The notes: generated by a model from the sequence alone, not told the origin. A stretch of 64,000 bases of DNA from Acidimicrobiia bacterium (GCA_965203555.1 CBDBCY010000004.1:2208001-2272000); one strand, 5' to 3'. Shown: positions 19,397 to 28,299, counted from the stretch's first letter. Numbers and translations: made by a program.

Positions 19397-21325
19397 CTAC
19401 TGGCTCAGGGATGCTCCTGCGAAGTACTTGTAGAAACCGGTGCCGTCCACCGAGAACCCGCTCAGGGCGTCGGAGAACGCCGTGAAGAAGTGCAACTCGA
19501 TGATGGGGACCATGTAGGCCTGATCCATCATGTAGCGCTGGAATTCGGAGAGGATCTCGGCGCGCTTGCCGATGTTGGTCTCCACGGAGGCGGCTTCCAG
19601 GAGGGCGTCCACTTGCGGGTCATCGATGTGCCCGACGTTGATGTTGCCGGGGCCGATTGACGTGGAGTGGAAATCCCGGTAAATGGTGGCCGGGGAGCCG
19701 AACACGTCACCCATCGATGGGAGTGCGAACTGGGTCTCACCGGTCACCGTGTAGTAGCCGCCACCCTCGTGGGTGATGACTTCGGCGTCGAAGCCGATGT
19801 CATTCAACTGGGCCTGCAGAAGGTCGACCCACGGGTTCCAGCTGGCATTCTCGATGATCTTGACGCTCAGCGTTTCATCACCCTTGCGGCGGATACCGTC
19901 ATCACCCAATGCCCAGCCGGCCTCCTCGAGCAATTCGACGGAGCGAGCGGGATCAAGCGGGTAGTAGGTCTCCACGATCGGGTCGTACTCGGCAAAGTCG
20001 CTGGAAAGCGGACCGTACGCGGCCGGCGCCCGTCCGAAGAACACTGCCTGGACGATGGCGTCCTGGTCAACCGCGTGCAAGATCGCCTGGCGCACCCGGA
20101 TGTCCGAGGTGGGCGAGATGTTGGGGTTGATGGCGTTGGCCTGCGGCATGCCGGGCAGGGAGAAGCCTTCCACCGTTATGCCGTCGAACGCCTCCAGGGG
20201 GGCGATGTTCTGGAAGGGAACCAAGTCCAAGAAGTGTATCTCGCCGGTGGAGAGAGCAGCGGTGCGGGCCTGCTCGTCCGGTATGTACCGGAAGATCACC
20301 CGCTCGACCCGGGCCGGACCGGTGGTCCCGTAGAAAGAGAAGGCGCCCCAGGTCCAGTCGGGGTTGCGCACCATGGAGATGTGACTTCCTTCCACCCACT
20401 CCTCGAAGACGAACGGACCGGTGCCGATCGGCTGCCGGCCGGCGTCGTCGCCGAGCGCTTCCACTGCCGCCGCATTGGTGATGGCGGCGCCGGGAGCTGC
20501 CAGGTCGATGAGGATGTCGGGCACGGGCTTGGAGAAGACCAACTTCACCGTGTTGTCGTCTATGACCTCGGTGTCCTGGTAGTTGGTGGCGAGCAACGCG
20601 GTCTGCGATCCGGAGACGTCGCCCTTCAGCCGGTCAAAGTGAGCCTTGACCACTTCGGCGTTCAGGGGATCACCGTTGTGGAAAGTAACTCCCTCTCGCA
20701 GTGTGAAGGTGATCTCGGTGGCGTCGGCGCTCTGGCTCCAATGGGTGGCCAATCCGGGATGGATCTGCATTCCTTGCCCCAGGATGACCAGCGTTTCATA
20801 GATCTGGGCTACAACCGCCATATCGTTGACGGACAGGGCTGCGAAGGCATCAAGCTGTAAGGGTTCCTGGTTGGTGCCGAAGACGACGGTTCCTCCGCCC
20901 ATCAACTCCTCGATCTGCATCTGGGCTTCGTCGACCTGCTTCTGCGATTCCTCGGCCTCCATTTGTGCTTCTTCGGCAGCCTGGGCGGCTTCCATGGCCG
21001 CCATTTCGGCTTCCTCTGCTGCTTTCATCGCCTCGTCCAAGGCTGCCTGGGCCTCTTCGCCACCAGCTGCGGCCTCAGCCTGGGCCTCCTCCAAGGCCAT
21101 TTGCGCTGCTTCAGCCTCAGCCTGGGCTGCGTCCAAGGCTGCTTGAGCGGCTTCGGCTTCGGCCTGTGCCTCTTCGGCTTGGGCTTGTGCTTGTGCCGCC
21201 TGGGCTTGTGCTGCTGCAGCTTCGGCCGCCGCTTCGTCGGCCGCGCTGTCGTCGCCGCAGGCGGTGGCGATCAGCGTCAAAGCGATAATGATGCCGAGCA
21301 GTGCGCGGCCGGATAGTCTCTTCAT
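19397..21325 (-). CDS. ABC substrate-binding lipoprotein, family 5, with long N-terminal Ala/Glu/Gln helical segment
   Basis: Lipobox ATAC, LREGVTFHNG, PIGTGPF, VRQAILHAVD. Confidence 0.95.
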   Translation of the reverse strand: MKRLSGRALLGIIIALTLIATACGDDSAADEAAAEAAAAQAQAAQAQAQAEEAQAEAEAAQAALDAAQAEAEAAQMALEEAQAEAAAGGEEAQAALDEAMKAAEEAEMAAMEAAQAAEEAQMEAEESQKQVDEAQMQIEELMGGGTVVFGTNQEPLQLDAFAALSVNDMAVVAQIYETLVILGQGMQIHPGLATHWSQSADATEITFTLREGVTFHNGDPLNAEVVKAHFDRLKGDVSGSQTALLATNYQDTEVIDDNTVKLVFSKPVPDILIDLAAPGAAITNAAAVEALGDDAGRQPIGTGPFVFEEWVEGSHISMVRNPDWTWGAFSFYGTTGPARVERVIFRYIPDEQARTAALSTGEIHFLDLVPFQNIAPLEAFDGITVEGFSLPGMPQANAINPNISPTSDIRVRQAILHAVDQDAIVQAVFFGRAPAAYGPLSSDFAEYDPIVETYYPLDPARSVELLEEAGWALGDDGIRRKGDETLSVKIIENASWNPWVDLLQAQLNDIGFDAEVITHEGGGYYTVTGETQFALPSMGDVFGSPATIYRDFHSTSIGPGNINVGHIDDPQVDALLEAASVETNIGKRAEILSEFQRYMMDQAYMVPIIELHFFTAFSDALSGFSVDGTGFYKYFAGASLSQ

Positions 21326-21483
21326 CTTCCTCTCCTGTTCATTAGGGAAGCAAGGGCTAGTTCATCGGGCGGGCGCGGGCCGGCGCCACCACGACCATGG
21401 TTCCCCAAGATACCCCGACATTTGTGGTCAGGCAACCGAAACCCGATGTTGAAATGGGCCGGCGAGAGGTAAACTCAGTGAAG

Positions 21484-21502
21484 AGACGCGTCTGACTAGT
21501 CT
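21484..21502 (+). promoter_or_regulatory. Putative operator palindromes and -10 box of second vapBC
   Basis: AGACGCGTCT (21484-21493) and GACTAGTC (21494-21501), the latter overlapping TAGTCT, 7 nt before the ATG. Confidence 0.5.
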
Positions 21503-21509
21503 GTTATCC

Positions 21510-21785
21510 ATGGCTATTGTCTACTCAACCTACGAAGCCAAGGCACGGTTCTCCGAGTTACTGAGACTGGTGCGGGAAGGTCAGACGGTCACCGTCTCCT
21601 ACCGGGGAGAACCTGTCGCCGAGGTGAGACCAATCCGGCAGGCGCCCAAAAGCATCCTCGAGCGACTCGATGATCTGCAGCGCCGCGGTATTGTGGTTCC
21701 CTCCCAAGGGGGCCGGGCGCCCCTTCATCCGGTGGTACGCCGGGAGGGCGCCCTTGACCGTTTCCTGGCTGAGCGTGATGGATGA
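21510..21785 (+). CDS. vapB: Phd/YefM-family antitoxin
   Basis: YEAKARFSELLRLVREGQTVTVSYRGEPVAEVRP. Confidence 0.9.
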   Translation: MAIVYSTYEAKARFSELLRLVREGQTVTVSYRGEPVAEVRPIRQAPKSILERLDDLQRRGIVVPSQGGRAPLHPVVRREGALDRFLAERDG

Positions 21786-22180
21786 GTGTTGCATACATCG
21801 ACACCTCGGCTGTGGTGGCTGTCGCCTTTCATGAGCCGGGTGCCCGCGCCGTTTCCGGTATGCTGGTTAAGTTTTCTCGTCTCATCTCTTCGAATCTCTT
21901 GGAAGCCGAATTGCGCGCCGCTTTCGCTCGAGAAGATGTCCAAGTTGAGGACCGTCTTCTGTCTGGGATCGATTGGGTCTTACCGGATCGACCGCTCTCT
22001 TCCGAATACAGGGCGATATTGAGTGTGGGCCGCCTGCGGGGCGCCGACCTGTGGCATTTGGCCACCGCCCTATATATCAGTAGAGAGCCCGCTCGCATCT
22101 CGTTCATTACCCTCGACAAAGCTCAACAGGCGGTAGCCGCAAGGCTTGGATTCAATTCCCCGACGATGTCTCCGCAGTGA
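21782..22180 (+). CDS. vapC: PIN-domain toxin
   Basis: AYIDTSAV, EAEL, RGADLWHLATAL, TLDKAQ; ATGA overlap with antitoxin. Confidence 0.9.
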   Translation: MSVAYIDTSAVVAVAFHEPGARAVSGMLVKFSRLISSNLLEAELRAAFAREDVQVEDRLLSGIDWVLPDRPLSSEYRAILSVGRLRGADLWHLATALYISREPARISFITLDKAQQAVAARLGFNSPTMSPQ

Positions 22181-22183
22181 AGT

Positions 22184-23197
22184 CTACGCGGTTTCGGCGA
22201 GGAAGTGGCAGGCGCTGCTTTGCCCACCGCCCAGCGAAACCAATTCCGGGACCTGATCTCGGCAAGGTTCCCGCCCTCCCGATAGGGAGCATCGGGCGTG
22301 GAAAGCGCATCCGGCGGGTCGTGCGGCCAGGGTTGGTGGAACTCCCGGGATCGGCTGCAGGTGTTCCAATTTTCCATCCAGTCTGGGAAGACTGGTGAAC
22401 AGTCCAATGGTGTAGGGGTGGCGAGGCCGGTGGAAAATGGTCTCCACTGTTCCGGTTTCCACAATCCTTCCGGCATACATGACAGCCACCCTGTCCGCCA
22501 CTTCAGCGATCACCCCCAGATCATGTGTGACCAGGATCATCGACGCGCCGGCCGCTCCGCAACCGGCAGCCAGCACTTCCAGGACCTGAGCCTGAATGGT
22601 GACGTCCAAGGCAGTGGTGGGTTCATCGGCAATCAGGACAGAAGGCTGATTGGCGATGGCTACGGCGATGACTACCCGCTGCCTCATGCCCCCCGACAAC
22701 TCGTGGGGAAACTGGCGATAGCGTTGGCGAGGATGGGGGATACCCACCAGATCGAGTAGTTCAACGGCCCTTTCCCGGGCCTCGGAGCGAGAGGACCCAT
22801 GAATTCTGAGCGCCTCGGTGATCTGGCGCCCCACCCGCATCACCGGATTGAGTGAGGTCATGGGATCCTGGAAGACCATGGCGATTTCTTTGCCGCGGAC
22901 TTCTTCCAACTCTCCATCGGAGAACGTCAGCAGATCCTGGCCTTTGTAGAGGACCCGGCCGCCATCGATTCGGGCGTTGTCGGGAAGGAGTCCCACTAAT
23001 GAGGAGACCGTGACGGTTTTTCCCGATCCGGATTCCCCCACCACCCCCAGGATGTCACCCGGTTGCAGGGCGAAACTGACGTCTTCGATAGCAGGGAGCA
23101 CCCCGGAGTGGGTTTCGAATGAGATCGACAGGTTCCGCACCTCCAGAAGGGGCTGCTTGTCCACGGATGAGGTGTGGGGTGCGGACGGTCCGGACAC
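22184..23197 (-). CDS. Oligopeptide/dipeptide-family ABC ATP-binding subunit (DppD/OppD-like)
   Basis: GESGSGKT, FQDPMTSLNP, LSGGMRQR, ADEPTTALDVTIQAQ, HPYT domain. Confidence 0.95.
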   Translation of the reverse strand: MSGPSAPHTSSVDKQPLLEVRNLSISFETHSGVLPAIEDVSFALQPGDILGVVGESGSGKTVTVSSLVGLLPDNARIDGGRVLYKGQDLLTFSDGELEEVRGKEIAMVFQDPMTSLNPVMRVGRQITEALRIHGSSRSEARERAVELLDLVGIPHPRQRYRQFPHELSGGMRQRVVIAVAIANQPSVLIADEPTTALDVTIQAQVLEVLAAGCGAAGASMILVTHDLGVIAEVADRVAVMYAGRIVETGTVETIFHRPRHPYTIGLFTSLPRLDGKLEHLQPIPGVPPTLAARPAGCAFHARCSLSGGREPCRDQVPELVSLGGGQSSACHFLAETA

Positions 23198-23200
23198 GGC

Positions 23201-24610
23201 CTACTTCAGCCCACCGCTGTCCGCCAGGTCCGTCAGGAGCATGGCTGCCTCCCTCTCCAGAATGGACGCCGCCTCCGACGTGTAAGCCGTCGCCCAGTTT
23301 GGTTCGTAACCTCCCCGTTCGAACTCCTCGGCAGTGGGAACGTACCCGGTGTGGCCGTTCGAGTATCCCGCCATGTGGGTGTATTCGAAGGGGGAGGCAT
23401 CCCTTACCCGCACTCCGATCTCTGCGAAGGGCTCGCCGGGAAAGCCCAACAGTGCCACCGAGTCGATCCTTATTCCGTGCACCGTGGTGGGCAGGTGGGT
23501 TCTCCCTCTGACCAGCTTCGCCCAAATCGAGCTGATGATGACCCGCCGGGCGCGGTATCGAGCTTCCATCACCTGTTCCTCCGGCGCCCCGGTCCTCTCC
23601 AACTCCAGGAAGCGTCGGGAGAGGCTGTCCGCATGGGCTTCCGCCAGGTCGGGATCCTCGGTGGGGCGGACGGGCATCTCTATGTTCCGTTCCGCGACCC
23701 TGACCAAGGGCTCCCGGTCCGGAAGCGGCTCATCCACCCAGATACCCAGCGGGGCGCCCGACTCGACGATGCCGGCGAACCTTCTTCGGGTGGGACGGGT
23801 GCGGATGCCGGTGAAAACCTTGGCCGCCTCGGCGCCCAGCATGGTCCCCATCCGCTCGGCGGCGCCCAGGTCGCCGGTCAGAGCTTCAGTGGTCATCATG
23901 TTCCCCGCGCACCCCTGCAGGTAGAGACAGGCCGCGCCGGTCAACTCCTCGACCACCCGTTTGGCCACCCCGGGGAAGTCGGGGCTGAGCAGACGATTCT
24001 GATAGGCCAGGACGATCGGATGAGCGGCGTAGCAAACCAAAGCGGCGAGAGGGTTCTCGTCGAGATCGTCAAAACGCACCACCATTACCCGGCGGTCGGC
24101 GAAGCCGTCGACATTCTGTCCCACCACCAGTTCGCCGGTTGGCGCCCGGAGTCTGCGGTTTACTGCGATGTCGCTCTCACCCCACCCCGCGGCCAGCCGG
24201 GCGGGCCGCAGAGCAGCCTTGGCCTGACGGGTTGCGCCCAGGGTCTGCGACCAGACTGTCTCCCGGTAGCCCGGCACCAACTCGTGGCCTCCCCGGCCCG
24301 CACGGGATCCCATCAAGTCCGACCAAACCGGTCCGGCATGGGTGTGGGTGTAAGAGACCCTTACATTCCTGGGGTCGATGCCCAGCACCCCGGCCACGTC
24401 ACTCCGGATGCGATCGGAATCCTTCACCGTTACATCCCCCAAGTCGTAGTCCAAAATGGCGAAGGTCTGGGTCTCACCCTCCACCACCAGCACGGTTATG
24501 AACAGGTCCAGGTGCACGCCCTCGGCCCGATGGTGAGTCTGCGCTCCCCAGCCGGCGTGTTCGATCCCGATCGGCGGCGTGATGACCGCGCGGCCTACTC
24601 CTACTCTCAT
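23201..24610 (-). CDS. Neutral/alkaline ceramidase-like metallohydrolase
   Basis: GRAVITPP, YTHTHAGP, YAAHP, SPDFPG, QGCAGN, PGEPF, GYSNGHTGYVPT motifs. Confidence 0.8.
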   Translation of the reverse strand: MRVGVGRAVITPPIGIEHAGWGAQTHHRAEGVHLDLFITVLVVEGETQTFAILDYDLGDVTVKDSDRIRSDVAGVLGIDPRNVRVSYTHTHAGPVWSDLMGSRAGRGGHELVPGYRETVWSQTLGATRQAKAALRPARLAAGWGESDIAVNRRLRAPTGELVVGQNVDGFADRRVMVVRFDDLDENPLAALVCYAAHPIVLAYQNRLLSPDFPGVAKRVVEELTGAACLYLQGCAGNMMTTEALTGDLGAAERMGTMLGAEAAKVFTGIRTRPTRRRFAGIVESGAPLGIWVDEPLPDREPLVRVAERNIEMPVRPTEDPDLAEAHADSLSRRFLELERTGAPEEQVMEARYRARRVIISSIWAKLVRGRTHLPTTVHGIRIDSVALLGFPGEPFAEIGVRVRDASPFEYTHMAGYSNGHTGYVPTAEEFERGGYEPNWATAYTSEAASILEREAAMLLTDLADSGGLK

Positions 24611-24714
24611 GCTGCTACTCCCACACTGCCTCGGTCAATCGGTTGGGGCCACTACTCAACGGCACGCAATGCCCTTTCGTAGGGATGGGAAGGAGGATAC
24701 CGAGCGGCGTCCGT

Positions 24715-25497
24715 TCATTGCCGTGGCGGCCAGTCGAGCTTCTTGGCAGTCAACCCCCCGTCCACTTTGAGGGTTTCACCTGTAATGAAACCGGCGCGAG
24801 GCGAGAGCAGAAACGCGATCGCTTCGGCCACATCGGTGGCGGCGCCGAAACGCAGTTGGGCGTGGAGCGCGTCCGCGGCGGGCTTGGACAACCTGCCGCT
24901 CTCGATCGCCTCCCGCGCCAGGGGCGTGTCGATGAACCCGGGCGCCACCGCGTTGACCCGGATACCCAGGTGGGCCCACTCGGTGGCCAGGGTTCTGGTG
25001 AGGGCGCTCACCCCTGCCTTGGCGGCCGCGTACGGAACCCGGAGCGGCCAGCCGAAGAACTCCGCCACCGATGAGAGATTGACCATTGCCCCACCCTGGT
25101 GCGCCATCATGTGTCTTCCGGCTGCCTGGCACCAGTAGAAGGTCCCAGACAGGTTGATGTCGAGCACTTTCTTCCAGTCTTCGGGAGTGAAGTCAGCACT
25201 CGCGCAACCCAGTTGGATCCCTGCGCAGTTCACCAGGCTCCGCACCGGAGTGTTCCAGTCTTCGATCTCCCGCATGGCCCGGCTGACGCTCTCCGGCCGT
25301 GAGACATCGCACAGCACCTCCAGCACCCGATCGGGCCCGTACTTATCGATGAGCGGGGAAGCGTGGTCGGGTCGGAGGTCGACCGCCGCGCACAAGGTGT
25401 GGGGATTCTCCTCCAGAAGGGTGGCCGCCACCGCCGATCCGATACCTCCGGCAGATCCGGTTACGATGGCGACCCCGGAGGAGGGATCATTGCTCAC
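24715..25497 (-). CDS. Short-chain dehydrogenase/reductase
   Basis: TGSAGGIG, VNCAG, YAAAK, ITGETLKVDGG. Confidence 0.93.
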   Translation of the reverse strand: MSNDPSSGVAIVTGSAGGIGSAVAATLLEENPHTLCAAVDLRPDHASPLIDKYGPDRVLEVLCDVSRPESVSRAMREIEDWNTPVRSLVNCAGIQLGCASADFTPEDWKKVLDINLSGTFYWCQAAGRHMMAHQGGAMVNLSSVAEFFGWPLRVPYAAAKAGVSALTRTLATEWAHLGIRVNAVAPGFIDTPLAREAIESGRLSKPAADALHAQLRFGAATDVAEAIAFLLSPRAGFITGETLKVDGGLTAKKLDWPPRQ

Positions 25498-25907
25498 GGC
25501 GTGGTTGTCCCGTCAGCCAGCCAGCGAACCTCTGAGCCGGGAGGGGCGTAGAACCACAGCACGGTCATGCCGTCGGGTCCCGAGTGGGTCTGGTGGGGAC
25601 TGTTGGAAGGTGTGAAAAGGACGGTTCCCTTCTCCATTGGATGTGGCTCCCCGTCGATGTCCACCCAGCCCGATCCCGAAAGAATCACGGCCACTTCCTC
25701 CGCCTCGTGGGAATGGGGGACGGTTGCAAAGTCCGGGGGTAACGAGGAGGTCCCCATCACTATCTTGGCCGAGTTGCCCAGTTCGGGAGATGCCTTGACC
25801 GCCATTGCCCGGCCCTCGATCAGCCGACCGTCTCCCTCTCGGCCTGCCAGGGTGTTCTCGATCGCCTCGGTCAGCTCCGAGAGCGTCCATTTGGGAACGT
25901 CGCTCAT
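25494..25907 (-). CDS. Cupin-domain protein
   Basis: PHSHEAEE and PSNSPHQ cupin metal motifs; overlaps the SDR start. Confidence 0.88.
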   Translation of the reverse strand: MSDVPKWTLSELTEAIENTLAGREGDGRLIEGRAMAVKASPELGNSAKIVMGTSSLPPDFATVPHSHEAEEVAVILSGSGWVDIDGEPHPMEKGTVLFTPSNSPHQTHSGPDGMTVLWFYAPPGSEVRWLADGTTTP

Positions 25908-26061
25908 CCTGTCTCTCCGCTATATATGTCGTTAGGTGTGTTTTTGAGGCTAGTTGTCAGGGAGGAGAGAAGAGGCGACATGACGGGGCCTGTTTTGGGT
26001 CCACTGTTGATGTTGCCTTGCCGGCGGATCAACGGCTTTCGTCATCGGGTAGCCTCATAGG

Positions 26062-26991
26062 GTGATGGCGACGATCGCCTACCCACCCATTCCGGTATGG
26101 GAAATCGGGCCCTTGAGGTTTTCCCTGCACGGAGTTTTCGCCGCGGTGGGTTTCTTCGCGGGTTTTTGGTTGGTGGCCCGCATGCTGGAAGCAAGAGGTT
26201 TCGATCCGGCCGGATTCCACTCGTTGGCGGTCTGGATACTGGTGGGAGGGCTGCTGGGGGCCCGCCTTCTCACCGCGCCTGCCGCCCTACTGGACGGAGC
26301 GGGGTTGGAGGCGCTCAACCCGGTGGTGGGCAACTACTCGATCATGGGAGGATTCGTGGGGGGAATAGTGGTGGGAGTTTGGAGAATTCGCCGTCTCAAT
26401 CTTCCTCTCCTGCCGATTCTTGACTTGGCGGCCTTCGGCCTGGCAGCGGGCACCTTCGTGGGTCGGATTGGCGACCTCGCCATAGTTGAGCATCTTGGCC
26501 GGGCAACTGAAGCCGCCTGGGGCTATGAAGTGCGACCCGGCTATGACCTGGCGCCCCAGCACAACGGGTTGGAATGTACGGTGGCAGAGGCAGGCCCGGA
26601 TGGAGTCTGCGGGATCTACCACCATGTCGCCTTGTATGACATGCTGGGCGCCGGGGTGCTCCTGCTGGTGCTGTGGCTGGTATACGGAAAAGCGCCGTTG
26701 CGGTACGGCCAGGTGTTTTCTTTGTGGGTCGTGTGGTACGGCCTCCAGAGGTTTGTGCTGGACTCGCTCAGGTTTGGGATGGGAGACGCCACGCTCGGAG
26801 GATTCACCTGGAATCAGGTAAGCGCACTCGGTGGTGCGGTGGTGGGGTTGGCTCTCTGGATGTGGTTTGGCAAGCGCCGGCCAAGGGTTTCCTCCGAGGT
26901 GGATGAGGGTATGGGGGCCGTGTCCACGGGTACTTCCGAAGAGAACTCACCAGTGGAGGACCATTTGCGCCATCCGCCCGATGCGGAGTAA
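26062..26991 (+). CDS. lgt: Prolipoprotein diacylglyceryl transferase family protein
   Basis: GGLLGARL, SIMGGFVGG, GRIGD, RFVLDSLR, NQ motifs; multi-TM. Confidence 0.85.
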   Translation: MMATIAYPPIPVWEIGPLRFSLHGVFAAVGFFAGFWLVARMLEARGFDPAGFHSLAVWILVGGLLGARLLTAPAALLDGAGLEALNPVVGNYSIMGGFVGGIVVGVWRIRRLNLPLLPILDLAAFGLAAGTFVGRIGDLAIVEHLGRATEAAWGYEVRPGYDLAPQHNGLECTVAEAGPDGVCGIYHHVALYDMLGAGVLLLVLWLVYGKAPLRYGQVFSLWVVWYGLQRFVLDSLRFGMGDATLGGFTWNQVSALGGAVVGLALWMWFGKRRPRVSSEVDEGMGAVSTGTSEENSPVEDHLRHPPDAE

Positions 26992-27003
26992 GATTTTCTT
27001 GGG

Positions 27004-27066
27004 ATGTTGGCAGAAGGGTTTGACCGCTATTTCGTCTTTACCGGGCCCCGGCTCCGGTGGGCATAG
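27004..27066 (+). CDS. Putative aromatic-amino-acid leader peptide MLAEGFDRYFVFTGPRLRWA
   Basis: ATG 27004 to TAG 27066; Phe at codons 6, 10, 12, Tyr at 9, Trp at 19; -10-like TAAGAT at 26989-26994. Confidence 0.7.
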   Translation: MLAEGFDRYFVFTGPRLRWA

Positions 27067-27093
27067 CGCGGACCAATAACCGGCAAGCGCCTG

Positions 27094-27122
27094 ACCCGGA
27101 GCCCGGCTCCGGGTTTTCTTTT
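27094..27122 (+). terminator. Intrinsic terminator of a putative attenuator
   Basis: Inverted repeat ACCCGGAGCC/GGCTCCGGGT followed by TTTCTTTT, about 40 nt before the next start; its 5' arm can alternatively pair with GGCTCCGG at 27050-27057. Confidence 0.8.
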
Positions 27123-27160
27123 GCCCGAGGCCGGTTCCCGACATAAACAAGCTAAGAGGT

Positions 27161-28216
27161 GTGGCAGTGGAGAGACAAGCAACCAGGGAAAGCCGATCAA
27201 AACGCACCGTGGTAAAGGTGGGGGAGACCAGAATCGGACGCGATCCGTTTCCGGTGATAGCCGGACCCTGCGCAGTGGAAAGCGAAGAACAGATCAACAC
27301 GGTGGCGGAAACCGTGGCCGACAATGGGGCTTCGATCTTGCGGGCGGCGACTTACCGGCAGGGTCACTCTCCCTACTTCTTCCGTGGTTTGAGACTTGAG
27401 GGAGCGAAACTCCTGGCCGAGGCGGGAAGGCGGGTGGACTTGCCTGTGGCAATGCCGATTATGGAAGAGCGGGAATTGGAGGAGGCGGGCGATCTGGTGG
27501 ATCTGCTGGAGATTCACCACGGGTCCATGCAGAATTTCGAGTTGCTGAGGGTGGCCGGTCGATCCCAGAAGCCGGTGATGCTTCGTCGCGGCTCCTCTGC
27601 GACACTCGACGAATTCCTGTGGGCGGTCGAGTACCTGATGGCCGAGGGTAACGACCAGGTTATTTTGGTGGAGCGAGGCATCCGCACATTCGGAGCGGGC
27701 CATCGCGACACGCTTGACATCACCGCAGTCCCGCAATTGAAGGAGATCTCCCACCTTCCGGTGCTGGTTGATCCGAGTCACGCTTCCGGGGGCGCTGAGC
27801 GAGTTCCACCATTGGCGCTGGCGGCCCAGGGAGTGGGTTCGGACGGGCTGATCGTCGAAGTCCATCCCGAGCCTGCCAAGGCGAAGACCGAGGGCCCTCG
27901 TCAGTTAGACCTAGTGGAGTTCGCCGAGTTGATGGTGCAGTTGGGAATCAGCCGGCTTCGTTCGAGGATCGATCTGGTGGATCGGGAGATCGTGCGACTG
28001 CTGGCCCGCAGGCAGCGGCTTTCGCTCAAGATCGGCCGCGCCAAGGCCGATCGGGGTTGGCCGGTTCAAAGTTCCCGGCGAGAAACGGTGTTGTTGGACG
28101 CGGTGCGTGAGGAAGCTGTCTTGAACGAACTCGACCCGGACCAGATCGAGGAACTGTTCAATGTGGTGCTGGAAGGATCGCGCCAGGCTCAACAGGATAT
28201 GCGTTCGGATGGGTGA
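27161..28216 (+). CDS. Type I-beta DAHP synthase-fold domain (degenerate active site) fused to C-terminal AroQ chorismate mutase
   Basis: IAGPCAVES, MQNFELL, ERGIRTF, VDPSH, IVEVHP; C-terminal LRSRIDLVDREIVRLLARR...IGRAK...RE...SRQAQ. Confidence 0.88.
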   Translation: MAVERQATRESRSKRTVVKVGETRIGRDPFPVIAGPCAVESEEQINTVAETVADNGASILRAATYRQGHSPYFFRGLRLEGAKLLAEAGRRVDLPVAMPIMEERELEEAGDLVDLLEIHHGSMQNFELLRVAGRSQKPVMLRRGSSATLDEFLWAVEYLMAEGNDQVILVERGIRTFGAGHRDTLDITAVPQLKEISHLPVLVDPSHASGGAERVPPLALAAQGVGSDGLIVEVHPEPAKAKTEGPRQLDLVEFAELMVQLGISRLRSRIDLVDREIVRLLARRQRLSLKIGRAKADRGWPVQSSRRETVLLDAVREEAVLNELDPDQIEELFNVVLEGSRQAQQDMRSDG

Positions 28217-28299
28217 GGCTGACTAACGCTCTTCACAGGATCGCCCGGGTCGGCTAGCATTTTCACCGGGTCGGCTTCGGATGCGGTCGGCCAAGCCAC

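Noticed and set aside
20900-21255. Repetitive DNA resembling an array
   Set aside because: Imperfect codon-level repeats inside a coding region, with no constant repeat/spacer structure; not CRISPR.
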